A DNA stretch of 64,000 bases from an uncultured Neglectibacter sp. (GCF_937958185.1 NZ_CALFFN010000036.1); one strand, 5' to 3'; counted from the first letter of the stretch, positions 38,508 through 48,026 are shown. The notes: generated by a model not told the origin, from the letters alone. Numbers and translations: made by a program.

Positions 38508-38530
38508 TTAGATGCCGGACGCTGGATACT
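38508..38530 (+). repeat. Inverted heptamer arm (family B) upstream of iscU
   Basis: TTAGATGCCGGACGCTGGATACT; its reverse complement matches 38018-38040 at 21/23 positions. Confidence 0.75.
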
Positions 38531-38548
38531 GACGCCGGGGGAAGGACA

Positions 38549-38746
38549 GATAAATGAAAATTTAGAGCCAATGAGCAATGAGGAATGAGCAGTGAGCAAT
38601 TATTCTCGGGCCGCCAGTACTGCTCTTGCCTCCCCTCTGCCAGGGGAGGTAAAGGGTACTTCTCTTTCGGTCGGGCTGTACATCAAAAAACAGCACTCGC
38701 TGTCTTCCCGTCTTGCCGCACCGCAGGTGCTAAACTCCCATTTACC
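38549..38746. repeat. Composite intergenic element, copy 2
   Basis: Box GATAAATGAAAATTTA (38549-38564); heptamers AATGAGC AATGAGG AATGAGC AGTGAGC then AATTATTC (38570-38605); hairpin CCTCCCCT-CTGCC-AGGGGAGG; 53-nt motif 38665-38717; hairpin GCACC-GCA-GGTGC; box TAAACTCCCATTTACC (38731-38746). Confidence 0.75.
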
Positions 38747-38750
38747 GTCC

Positions 38751-38785
38751 TTATCCAGAATCCAGACTCCAGAATCCAGTATCTA
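38751..38785 (-). repeat. Heptamer array (family B) starting at the iscS stop codon
   Basis: mRNA sense TAGATAC TGGATTC TGGAGTC TGGATTC TGGATAA. Confidence 0.85.
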
Positions 38786-39976
38786 GATATTATAGTTTAC
38801 CTTTCCCTGCACGATGGCGTCCCACAGAGGGGACATGGAGCGCAGCCGCTCCACAATGGGGGGCAGGGTCTCCAGAATGTAGTCCACGTCTTCCTCGGTG
38901 TTGCAGTCGCCCAGGGACAGCCGGACAGAGCCGTGGGCGACCTCGTGGGGCAGCCCGATGGACAGCAGCACGTGGCTGGGGTCCAGGGAGCCGCTGGTGC
39001 AGGCTGAGCCGGAGGAAGCGGAGATCCCCTTGATGTCCAGCATCAGCAGGAGGGATTCTCCCTCTATGCCTTCAAAGCAGAAGCTCACATTTCCCGGCAG
39101 CCGGCGTTCCCTGTCGCCGTTCAGGTGGCTGCGCTCAATTTTTGAAAGCCCGTCGATGAGCTTGTCCCGCAGCGGGGTCAGCCGGGCGGCGCGCTCGTCA
39201 ATGGTGGAACAGGCGCGTTCCATGGCAACGCCCAAACCCACGATGCCCGCTACATTTTCCGTTCCTGCGCGCCTGCCCCGCTCCTGCGCGCCGCCGTCCA
39301 GAAAATTCTGAATGCTTACGCCGTTGCGGAGATACAGGGCACCCACTCCCTTGGGGGCGTGGATTTTGTGCCCGCTGAGAGAGAGCAGGTCGATATTCTG
39401 CGCCTTCACGTCGATTTTCACATTGCCCACCGCCTGCACGGCGTCGGTGTGGAACAATACCTTATGACGCTTACAGATTTCCCCGATCTCCGCGATGGGC
39501 TGAATGGTGCCGATCTCGTTGTTTGCGTACATGATGGTCACCAATGCCGTCTGGTCGGTGATGGCGGCTTCTACCTCCTCCGGGCGGACGATACCGTTGC
39601 GGTGCACGTCCAGATAGGTGACGGAAAAGCCCTCCTTCTCCAGCGCCTGACAGGTGTGCAGCACGGCGTGGTGCTCAAAGGCAGTGGTGATGATATGGTT
39701 TTTCCCCTGCTTTGCCATGGCGCGGGCAGCGCCCTTGATCGCCCAGTTGTCGCTTTCGCTGCCGCAGCCCGTAAAATAAATTTCGTTGGCGTTGGCGCCC
39801 AGGCAGCTTGCTACAGCAGCTCTGGCGCTTTCCAAAGCGGCTTTGGCTTTTTGCCCCAGCGTGTACAGGCTGGAGGGGTTGCCGTAGGCTTCCCGGTAAA
39901 AGGGAAGCATGGCTTCCAGCACCTCCGGGGAAACGGCAGTGGTAGCGGCGTTGTCCGCATAAACTGTTTTGCCCAT
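38783..39976 (-). CDS. iscS: Cysteine desulfurase (IscS/NifS type)
   Basis: [34 protein letters not shown] (PLP Lys), SSGSACTS; alternative start at 39988. Confidence 0.96.
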   Translation of the reverse strand: MGKTVYADNAATTAVSPEVLEAMLPFYREAYGNPSSLYTLGQKAKAALESARAAVASCLGANANEIYFTGCGSESDNWAIKGAARAMAKQGKNHIITTAFEHHAVLHTCQALEKEGFSVTYLDVHRNGIVRPEEVEAAITDQTALVTIMYANNEIGTIQPIAEIGEICKRHKVLFHTDAVQAVGNVKIDVKAQNIDLLSLSGHKIHAPKGVGALYLRNGVSIQNFLDGGAQERGRRAGTENVAGIVGLGVAMERACSTIDERAARLTPLRDKLIDGLSKIERSHLNGDRERRLPGNVSFCFEGIEGESLLLMLDIKGISASSGSACTSGSLDPSHVLLSIGLPHEVAHGSVRLSLGDCNTEEDVDYILETLPPIVERLRSMSPLWDAIVQGKVNYNI

Positions 39977-40055
39977 TCTATATTTCATCCTTTCCAGATC
40001 CGTCCTGCCGGAAAATTTTGCTCCGGCAGGGGAAGTGTTTTCCTAAGACAGGTTT

Positions 40056-40083
40056 AATATACACCATTTTAGTATACTTTTCA
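40056..40083 (-). promoter_or_regulatory. Probable iscS promoter
   Basis: Minus strand TTGAAA-17 bp-TATATT. Confidence 0.55.
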
Positions 40084-40186
40084 ACCCCTGTAGCCGTCTC
40101 CTCAAAAAATTTTTCCAAACTTAGCGGAAAAATCGGAATAAGCCGGCGGCGTTCGGCAAAAACTGGAAATGCAAAGCCCTTCCACC

Positions 40187-40215
40187 TTGACAGGAACGCT
40201 GAAAAAAGGTAAAAT
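40187..40215 (+). promoter_or_regulatory. Probable rnj promoter
   Basis: TTGACA-17 bp-TAAAAT. Confidence 0.7.
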
Positions 40216-40564
40216 AAGACAAAAGCAGGGCTTTGGAAAAGACAGGCGGTCTTTTCAGGGGCTCTCTACTGCATAGCTCATTTTGCGGGAAAACCGCTTT
40301 TGATACATCGGAAGAAAAAGGCACGGGCATATTTTGTCTGTCGGAAACGCCGAAGGTTTCCGACCGCCGGATCATCAAAAAGCAGAAAAAGGGCAGCAGC
40401 GCCGGAGACGATATGTCCGGCGCTTCTGGTGTTCTCTCTTTTTTGCACTTTTGGCGGTTCGGCAATGCTTCCCTGCGCCGGAAGGGCGCGGGGAAACGAG
40501 CGGTCACAAAAAGCCTCTGCCATACATAACACTGCAACTGAAACTATAACAGGAGGAATGACAA

Positions 40565-42634
40565 GTGGCAGAAAAGAAAAAGTATTATCCCCGCCGGTCG
40601 CCGGCAATTACTATGGGAAAACAACAGGATCAGGTGCTCAGCGGCGCGGTGGACGCGCCCAGTATGGGAAAAATCTCCGGTCCGAGAAAAACGGCGGGAA
40701 AGCAGCCTGCCAAGACCCAGCGTCCCCGCGCGGGAACGGCAAAATCCGGCGGACGGGATGGGGCGAAGCCCGAAAAGGCAGCGTCCACAGGCACAAAGAA
40801 AGCAGAAGAAAAGAACGATCCCCGCAAGACTGTTGCCGGGCGTGGTCGCGGGCGGCAGAGCCTGGGCACAGCCCCGATTGCCGCGGCACAGCAGGCGAAA
40901 GCGGCGCGGCAGGCTGCCGCCGCGGAAGCGGCAGCACGCCCCGCACAGAAGAAAGGCAGAGGGAAGCAGAAGGAAAAGCCCGCCATTCGGGCGTATTTTC
41001 TGGGCGGATTAAATGAGATCGGCAAAAACTTCACCCTGTACGAGTGTCAGAACGATATGGTGATCGTGGACTGTGGTCTGGCGTTCCCCGATGAGGAAAT
41101 GCTGGGCATCGACATGGTGATCCCCGACTTTGCCTTTGTGGAAAAGAACCGGGAAAAAATTCGCGGCATTGTCATCACCCACGGGCACGAGGACCACATT
41201 GGCGCGGTGCCCTATCTGCTGAAAAAGCTGAATGTCCCCGTGTACGCCACGGCGCTGACGGTGGGGCTGATCGAGGGGAAGCTGCAGGAGCACGGCTTGA
41301 CCGGCTCTGCCAAGCTCGTGGTCACCCCGCCCGGCTCCCATGTGAAGCTGGGCTGTATGGACGTGGAATTTATCCATGTGAACCATTCCATTGCCGACGC
41401 GGTGGCGCTGGCGATCCACAGCCCGGCGGGCGTGATCGTGCACACCGGCGATTTCAAAATAGACTGCACCCCTGCGGAGGGCAGAATGATAGATTTGGCG
41501 CGGTTCGCCGAACTGGGCAAGGAGGGCGTGCTGGCGCTGCTGGCGGATTCTACCAATGCCGAGCGCCCCGGCTATACCCAGACAGAGCAGACAGTCAACA
41601 ATTCGCTGGACACCCTGTTCCAGCGCGCGGAGGGTAAGCGTATCATCGTGGCGACCTTTGCCTCCTCCATCAGCCGGGTACAAATGATCATCAACTGCGC
41701 GGTGAAATACGGGCGGAAGGTGGCGCTTTCCGGCAGAAGCATGGTGAACGTCATGGGCATTGCCAGCGAGCTGGGCTATCTCCACGTGCCGGACGGCGTG
41801 CTGGTGGATTTGAACCTGATCAACCGCTATGAGCCCGGGCAGCTGGTGCTCATCACCACCGGCAGCCAGGGTGAGCCCATGTCGGCGCTGAGCCGCATGG
41901 CGTTTTCCGACCATCGGCAGGTGGCGATCAATCCCAACGATTTCATCATCATTTCCGCCCGTCCCATTCCCGGCAATGAAAAAACCGTGGGCGCCGTGGT
42001 GGACGAACTGCTCAAGCAGGGCTGCACCGTGATCTATGAGTCCATGTACGAGGTGCACGTGTCGGGGCATGCCTGCCAGGAAGAATTGAAGCTGATGCAG
42101 GGGCTTGTAAAGCCCAAATATTTTATCCCTGTCCACGGCGAGCAGAAGCATTTGCAAAAGCACGCGGGACTGGCAATCGCCATGGGAATGCCCCGGGAAA
42201 ATATTTTCATCGGCGCCATCGGCAGCGTGATCGAGCTCCATGAGGACCATATGCGCCAGCTGGGAGACGTTCCCGCGGGCAGCGTGATGGTAGACGGCCT
42301 GGGCGTGGGCGATGTGGGCAGCGTGGTGCTGCGGGACAGGAAGCACCTTGCCGAGGACGGCTTGATCGTGGCGGTCTGTTCCATCGACACCAATTCCGGG
42401 CATGTGGTTTCCGGTCCCGATATCGTGTCCCGCGGCTTTGTCTATGTCAGAGAATCGGAACAACTTATGGACGAAGCGCGAAAGCTGGTGTATAATACTC
42501 TGGAAAGCTGTGCCAGCCGCCATGTCCGTGATTGGGCAGGGCTGAAGCAGAATGTGAAGGAAGAGCTTTCCCGGTTCTTATATCGGAAGACCCAGAGGAA
42601 CCCCATGATACTGCCTATTATCATGGAAGTGTAA
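40565..42634 (+). CDS. rnj: Ribonuclease J with long basic N-terminal extension
   Basis: LGGLNEIGKN, THGHEDHIG, HTGDFK, DSTNAE, TGSQGEP, HVSGH, PVHGE; GTG start after AGGAGG. Confidence 0.96.
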   Translation: MAEKKKYYPRRSPAITMGKQQDQVLSGAVDAPSMGKISGPRKTAGKQPAKTQRPRAGTAKSGGRDGAKPEKAASTGTKKAEEKNDPRKTVAGRGRGRQSLGTAPIAAAQQAKAARQAAAAEAAARPAQKKGRGKQKEKPAIRAYFLGGLNEIGKNFTLYECQNDMVIVDCGLAFPDEEMLGIDMVIPDFAFVEKNREKIRGIVITHGHEDHIGAVPYLLKKLNVPVYATALTVGLIEGKLQEHGLTGSAKLVVTPPGSHVKLGCMDVEFIHVNHSIADAVALAIHSPAGVIVHTGDFKIDCTPAEGRMIDLARFAELGKEGVLALLADSTNAERPGYTQTEQTVNNSLDTLFQRAEGKRIIVATFASSISRVQMIINCAVKYGRKVALSGRSMVNVMGIASELGYLHVPDGVLVDLNLINRYEPGQLVLITTGSQGEPMSALSRMAFSDHRQVAINPNDFIIISARPIPGNEKTVGAVVDELLKQGCTVIYESMYEVHVSGHACQEELKLMQGLVKPKYFIPVHGEQKHLQKHAGLAIAMGMPRENIFIGAIGSVIELHEDHMRQLGDVPAGSVMVDGLGVGDVGSVVLRDRKHLAEDGLIVAVCSIDTNSGHVVSGPDIVSRGFVYVRESEQLMDEARKLVYNTLESCASRHVRDWAGLKQNVKEELSRFLYRKTQRNPMILPIIMEV

Positions 42635-42679
42635 GGGCTTTTACCGGGAAAAAGGAATGGAGAGAAAAGGGAAAGGGCG

Positions 42680-44665
42680 GTGCAAAGCAGCGTGCGAGGG
42701 AAAAAGGTTTGGGTGATCTCACCTCTTTTTTATCTGATGGCGGCAGGTATGGTCGTGATGGCGCTTGTCACCTATCGGTACAATAAGGTCGCGGCTGCCG
42801 TGGAACTGACGGCGGCTGGTCTTTCCCTGCTTTCCCTGCTCGCGTCCGATATCCTGTACCGCCGGAACGTTTCCCTTGCGGTGAAAAGCGCAAAGAGGGT
42901 GCTGACCGCAGAGGAACGCCACGCTTTTGACGAATTTGCCCTGCCCGTGGCGGTGGTCGCCCCGGCGGGTGACATCGTATGGGCAAACGAAGCCTTTATT
43001 TCCACCCTCTGCAGCGGCGGAGAGTATCTGGGGCAGGACGTGCTGCGGTTTATCTATCCCAAAACCTTCCGGCAGGTCATGGGGGAAAAGGGCGCCGCCG
43101 TTTCCTACCGTGGGCGGGAGTACACTGTTTACGGCGTGAGAGCCAAGGACGGCTTTATCCTTTACTTTGTGGACGACACCTATTTCAAAGCCATTCACAA
43201 AGAATACCGGGAAAAGAAAACCGTGGTGGGGATCGCGGTGTTCGATAATCAGGAAGAATTGATCCGCAACAGCCCCGGCGGAGAGGATTCCCGCATTACC
43301 GCGGAGGTGGAAGCCGTCCTGCGCCGCTGGGCGGTGGAGGACATGGGCGGTTTTATCCGCCGGCTTTCTTCCGGGCGCTACCTTGTGCTCACGGACGATT
43401 CCCATGTGGAAGCCGCCAAGCAGCGGCGTTTCCGGGTGCTGGACGATGTGCGCGAGGTGAAAAGCGCCAGCGGCATGAGTGCCACGGTCTCCATCGGTCT
43501 GGGGCGCGGCGCGGATACGGCGGCGGAAAGTGAGCGCTGGTCGAGACAGGCGCTGGATATGGCTCTGGGCAGAGGCGGCGATCAGGTCGCCGTAAAGCAG
43601 CAGGGCGATACTTACGAGTTCTTCGGCGGTCAGTCCAAGGGCGTGGAAAAGCGGGACAAGGTGCGCACGAGGGTCATTGCCGCCACATTGTCCGACCACG
43701 TAAAGGCAAGCGACCGCGTATTCATTATGGGACATAAAAATTCCGACCTGGACAGCGTGGGAGCCGCCGTGGGCATGTGGGCGGCGATCCGCAAGGGTCT
43801 GGAAAAGCCCGCCAATATCGTCATTCACCGCGGGCAGACCCTGGCAACGCCACTGGTAGACAGGGTGGACGCGGCGTATGAGGACGAGCATGTGTTCATC
43901 AGCCCTATGGAAGCGCTGCAAACCGCCACGGAGCGGTCCCTGCTCATTGTGGTGGATACCCATTCGGTGAATTTTGTGGAAAGCTCCGAGCTGTTGGAGC
44001 GTGTCCCTAGGATCGTAGTCATTGACCACCACAGAATGATGGTCTCCCACATCAAAAACGCGCTGATCTTCTATCACGAGCCTTACGCCAGCTCCGCTTC
44101 GGAGATGGTGACGGAGCTGGTGCAGTACATTCGCGGCTCCGCCATTGACGGCGTGGACGCGGAGGCGCTGATGGCGGGCATTGCGCTGGATACCAAGAAT
44201 TTTGTGCTGAAGACCGGCGTACGCACCTTTGAAGCCTCTGCTTTCCTGCGGCGGCGCGGCGCGGATACCGTTACGGTAAAGAAGCTGTTTTCCAATACCC
44301 TGGACAATTATAAGCAGAAGGCGCAGCTGGTCTCCAGCGCGGAGCTTTACAAGGGCTGTGCCATCGCCACCTCCAACTGGGACCTGGACGATATGCGGAT
44401 CGCGGCGGCACAGGCGGCCGATGAGCTGCTGTCCATTCAGGGCGTGCGGGCTTCCTTTGTGCTGTACCGCGTCGGGACGGACGTGAGCATTTCCGCCCGC
44501 AGTTTGGGAGATATCAATGTCCAGCTGATCCTGGAGGAGTTCGGCGGCGGCGGACATTTCACCATGGCGGGAGCCCAGATCAAGAATATCAGCATGAGCG
44601 ACGCCCGCCGTGCCCTGGTTCGCGCGCTGGACGTGAAGCTTGCGGAAATGGAAGCGCAGGGCTGA
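42680..44665 (+). CDS. gdpP: GdpP-like c-di-AMP phosphodiesterase (TM-PAS-degenerate GGDEF-DHH/DHHA1)
   Basis: ALGRGGDQV, MGHKNSDLD, VVDTH, IDHH, GGGGH; gdpP-rplI-dnaB synteny. Confidence 0.92.
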   Translation: MQSSVRGKKVWVISPLFYLMAAGMVVMALVTYRYNKVAAAVELTAAGLSLLSLLASDILYRRNVSLAVKSAKRVLTAEERHAFDEFALPVAVVAPAGDIVWANEAFISTLCSGGEYLGQDVLRFIYPKTFRQVMGEKGAAVSYRGREYTVYGVRAKDGFILYFVDDTYFKAIHKEYREKKTVVGIAVFDNQEELIRNSPGGEDSRITAEVEAVLRRWAVEDMGGFIRRLSSGRYLVLTDDSHVEAAKQRRFRVLDDVREVKSASGMSATVSIGLGRGADTAAESERWSRQALDMALGRGGDQVAVKQQGDTYEFFGGQSKGVEKRDKVRTRVIAATLSDHVKASDRVFIMGHKNSDLDSVGAAVGMWAAIRKGLEKPANIVIHRGQTLATPLVDRVDAAYEDEHVFISPMEALQTATERSLLIVVDTHSVNFVESSELLERVPRIVVIDHHRMMVSHIKNALIFYHEPYASSASEMVTELVQYIRGSAIDGVDAEALMAGIALDTKNFVLKTGVRTFEASAFLRRRGADTVTVKKLFSNTLDNYKQKAQLVSSAELYKGCAIATSNWDLDDMRIAAAQAADELLSIQGVRASFVLYRVGTDVSISARSLGDINVQLILEEFGGGGHFTMAGAQIKNISMSDARRALVRALDVKLAEMEAQG

Positions 44666-44722
44666 TCCACTTGACCGTCATTTTATTTATATATATCATG
44701 TAGAAAAAAGGAGATGCTGCAC

Positions 44723-45169
44723 ATGAAGGTCGTATTGCTGCAGGACGTTAAGTCCATTGGAAAAAAGGGAGAGCTTGTGAATGTTTCCGACGGCTACGCA
44801 AGAAATTTCCTCATGCCCCGGAAGCTTGCCAAGGAGGCAAACGCCCAGGCGATGAACGAGCTGAAAAACGCCGAAGCCGCCAGGGAGTATAAGATCAAAA
44901 CCGAAACGGAGCAGGCGCAGAAAAACGCGGACGCCCTGTCCGGGAAAACCCTGAAGATATACGGCAAGGCGGGGCAGGCGGGCAAGCTGTTTGGCTCGGT
45001 CACCGCCAAGGAGCTTGCGGAGGAGATCAGGAATCAGTTCGGCGTCGAGGTGGAAAAGCGGAAGATCGTGCTGGAAAGCGATATCAAAGCGTTTGGTACT
45101 TATAATTTTGATGTGAAATTCTATAACGGCATTACCGCCACCATGAGCGTAGCAGTTTGCGAGAAGTAG
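44723..45169 (+). CDS. rplI: 50S ribosomal protein L9
   Basis: [36 protein letters not shown]. Confidence 0.97.
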   Translation: MKVVLLQDVKSIGKKGELVNVSDGYARNFLMPRKLAKEANAQAMNELKNAEAAREYKIKTETEQAQKNADALSGKTLKIYGKAGQAGKLFGSVTAKELAEEIRNQFGVEVEKRKIVLESDIKAFGTYNFDVKFYNGITATMSVAVCEK

Positions 45170-45244
45170 TTGTTAGCGATAAGTTGTTAGTCGTTAGGCG
45201 CTCTTTGCCCTTTCTAACGACTAATAACTAACAGCTAACGACTG
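45167..45244 (+). repeat. Inverted heptamer arrays (family C) forming a hairpin between rplI and dnaB
   Basis: TAGTTGT TAGCGAT AAGTTGT TAGTCGT TAG - 16 nt loop - CTA ACGACTA ATAACTA ACAGCTA ACGACTG. Confidence 0.88.
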
Positions 45245-45258
45245 AAAAGGGGAATCCT

Positions 45259-46635
45259 ATGCCATCCTATGAATTTGAGACCCAGGCTGAGCCGGGGCTG
45301 TCTATGCCCTTCAGCCTGGAAGCGGAGCAGTCTGTGCTGGGGGCGGTCCTGCTGGAGCCCTCCTGCCTGGCGACCGTGGCGGAGATACTGCCGAAAGCGG
45401 AGTATTTCTACGCGGTGAATAACCAGATGATCTACGGCGCCATGCTGGAAATGTTTACGCTGGGGCTGCCGGTGGACTTTATCACCGTGCTGGAAAAGCT
45501 GAAAGAAAATGAAGAATTTGAGGAAGCCACGGGGAAGGTCTACCTGACCCAGCTGGCTCAGATCGTACCCTCCCTGTCCAATGTATCGGTCTATGCCAAC
45601 ATTGTACGGGACAAGTACGACGTGCGCACCCTGATGCAGGCAGCCCGGCATATCTTGGACGACGCCAGCGAAGGGGCAGAGGATTCCGCGCTGCTGCTGG
45701 ATATGGCGGAGCAGCGTATTTACGATATCCGGCAGGGAAAAAACATGAAGGGTCTCCAGCCCGTTCGGGAGATACTGCTGGAAACCTTTGACCGCCTGGA
45801 CCTGCTGAACTCCCCGGACAGGGACAAGTATAAGGGCATTCCTACGGGAATTGGAGAGCTGGACGCCATGATCACCGGGCTGAACCGTTCCGATCTGGTG
45901 GTGCTGGCAGCCCGTCCCGGCGTGGGAAAAACCAGCTTTGGCTTGAACATCGCCCGCCATGCGTCCATTACCGCCAAGAAACGGGTGGCGTTCTTTTCTC
46001 TGGAAATGGGCAGGGAACAGCTGGTGTCCCGCCTGCTGTCGGGAGAAGCCGTGGTAGAGGGCACCCGTCTGCGCTCCGGCGATTTGTCTGAAAACGACTG
46101 GGTAAAGCTGGTAGAGGCGGGGGATATCCTCTCCAAAGCGGAGATATATATCGACGACAAGCCCGATATCACCGTGCAGGAGATCAAGGCGAAGCTCCGC
46201 CGTCTGGGCAAGGTGGACCTGGTCATTATCGACTATTTGCAGCTGATGAACAGCGCCCGCCGGATCGACAACCGGGTCAACGAGGTCGCCGACATCACCA
46301 GGAACCTGAAGGTCATGGCGAAGGAGCTGGATATTCCTGTCATTGCCATGTCCCAGCTCCGCCGCCCCACTGAAAGGACCAAGGACCACCGCCCCGGTCT
46401 TTCCGAGCTGAGGGACTCCGGCTCTATCGAACAGGACGCGGATATCGTGATCTTCCTCCACCGGGAGGCGTATAACGCCACCAGCGAGGGCGGGGAGATC
46501 ACCGAGGATATGGACGTAAACGCCGCTGAGATCATCGTGGCGAAAAACCGCCACGGCGGTACGGACAGCATCGCTGTCCATTGGCAGCCGGAGTATATGC
46601 GCTTTACCTCCCGGGAGGTCATTCGCCATGAGTAA
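45259..46635 (+). CDS. dnaB: Replicative DNA helicase
   Basis: EAEQSVLG, AARPGVGKTS, FSLEM, IDYLQL, SQL, LRDSGSIEQDAD, AKNRHG. Confidence 0.97.
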   Translation: MPSYEFETQAEPGLSMPFSLEAEQSVLGAVLLEPSCLATVAEILPKAEYFYAVNNQMIYGAMLEMFTLGLPVDFITVLEKLKENEEFEEATGKVYLTQLAQIVPSLSNVSVYANIVRDKYDVRTLMQAARHILDDASEGAEDSALLLDMAEQRIYDIRQGKNMKGLQPVREILLETFDRLDLLNSPDRDKYKGIPTGIGELDAMITGLNRSDLVVLAARPGVGKTSFGLNIARHASITAKKRVAFFSLEMGREQLVSRLLSGEAVVEGTRLRSGDLSENDWVKLVEAGDILSKAEIYIDDKPDITVQEIKAKLRRLGKVDLVIIDYLQLMNSARRIDNRVNEVADITRNLKVMAKELDIPVIAMSQLRRPTERTKDHRPGLSELRDSGSIEQDADIVIFLHREAYNATSEGGEITEDMDVNAAEIIVAKNRHGGTDSIAVHWQPEYMRFTSREVIRHE

Positions 46636-48007
46636 GCCGCTTTTTGCCGCAGGGGACCTTTCCGAGCTGCCGGAGCAGGGGCTTGCGGTGGTGGGCTTTT
46701 CCGGCGGGGCGGATTCCACCGCGCTGGCTCACTGGCTGGCAGGAAAAATAGACCCTCGCCGCATTGTGCTGGCGCATGTGAACCATATGCTGCGGGGAGA
46801 GGAAGCTGAACGTGACGAAGCCGCCGCCCGGGCGTTTGCCCGGAAGCAGGGGCTTCGTCTGGTCGTTTCACGGGAGGACGTAAAGGCGCTGGCTGCCCAA
46901 GGCGGCATGGGGCTTGAGGAGTGCGGCAGAGCGGTGCGGTACCGCTTTTTCCAGTCTCTCCTCACCGGGGAGGACGACCGTATCCTCACCGCCCACACCG
47001 CCGATGACAACGCGGAGACCATGCTATTGAACCTTTGCCGGGGCACAGGGCTTGCCGGGCTCTGCGGTATCCCGGAAAAGCGGGGGAACATTCTCCGCCC
47101 GCTGTTGAGGGTGACAAGGCAGGAGATCGAGGAATACTGCGCTCTTCATAATTTATCCTATGTGACGGACAGCAGCAACCTGTCCGGCGAATTTGCCCGT
47201 AACCGCATTCGGCTTGAAGTGCTGCCCGTTTTGAAGGAGCTGAACCCCCGGCTGATCTACAGCATGAGCCAGACTGCAGGGCTGCTGGAGCAGGACAGGC
47301 GGTTTTTGAGCGCCGAGGGGGAAAAATTACTGGCAGACGCCATGGGGGAATACGGGCTGTCTGCCGCCGTGCTGCGAAACGCCCCCCGGGCGCTGCAAAC
47401 GGAAGCCCTTCGTTTGTGGTTGAAGCGGCTGGGCTGCGGCGAGCCGGAAAAAAAGCATCTGAAAGCGGTGCTCCGCTGTCTCACGGAGGGCGGCGCCGCA
47501 ATGCTGCCGGGAGATTTGGTCGTCCGCTGTGCGCAGGGGGTGCTTTCCGCGGCAAAGCAGGAAGCTGCGCAGCCGTTTTCCATCACTGTATCGCTGGAGG
47601 AACTGGGGCAAAGGGAGCTTTTGAAAATCCCACTGCCGGACGGAAGAACGCTGGTTTTTGAGAAAAAAGTGGTGGAGAGGGAAGAAAATTCGGAAAAAAG
47701 AGAGCAAAAAATTCATAATTTGTTATTCAAAAACGCTCTGGATTATGATATAATAGCTACTAATTTGGTAGTCAGGACCCGCCGGGAGGGGGATAAATTT
47801 GCTCCCGCCGGGCGAAAGGTCACCAAAAGCTTGAAGCAGGTATTTCAGGAATGCGGTATGCCGGCAAGCCGCCGGGGAAGCGCTGTGCTGCTGGAAATTG
47901 GCGGGGCGCTGGCGTTCTGCGAGGGCGCAGGGGCGGCTCAGGGCTTCGAGGTGACGGAAGCTACCCGCACGGTGCTCACGGTGACAGTTCAACAGAAGAG
48001 GGAATGA
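46628..48007 (+). CDS. tilS: tRNA(Ile)-lysidine synthetase
   Basis: SGGADS PP-loop, HVNHMLRG, TAHTADDNAET, RPLL, DSSN, RNRIR. Confidence 0.95.
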   Translation: MSKPLFAAGDLSELPEQGLAVVGFSGGADSTALAHWLAGKIDPRRIVLAHVNHMLRGEEAERDEAAARAFARKQGLRLVVSREDVKALAAQGGMGLEECGRAVRYRFFQSLLTGEDDRILTAHTADDNAETMLLNLCRGTGLAGLCGIPEKRGNILRPLLRVTRQEIEEYCALHNLSYVTDSSNLSGEFARNRIRLEVLPVLKELNPRLIYSMSQTAGLLEQDRRFLSAEGEKLLADAMGEYGLSAAVLRNAPRALQTEALRLWLKRLGCGEPEKKHLKAVLRCLTEGGAAMLPGDLVVRCAQGVLSAAKQEAAQPFSITVSLEELGQRELLKIPLPDGRTLVFEKKVVEREENSEKREQKIHNLLFKNALDYDIIATNLVVRTRREGDKFAPAGRKVTKSLKQVFQECGMPASRRGSAVLLEIGGALAFCEGAGAAQGFEVTEATRTVLTVTVQQKRE

Positions 48008-48026
48008 ATTGCAGGAGGGAAATCAC

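Noticed and set aside
38044..39988. Nitrogen-fixation genes (NifS/NifU-like, plus NifB/NifX-like at 61120)
   Set aside because: No nifHDK in the window; these are general Fe-S assembly or widespread fold members.
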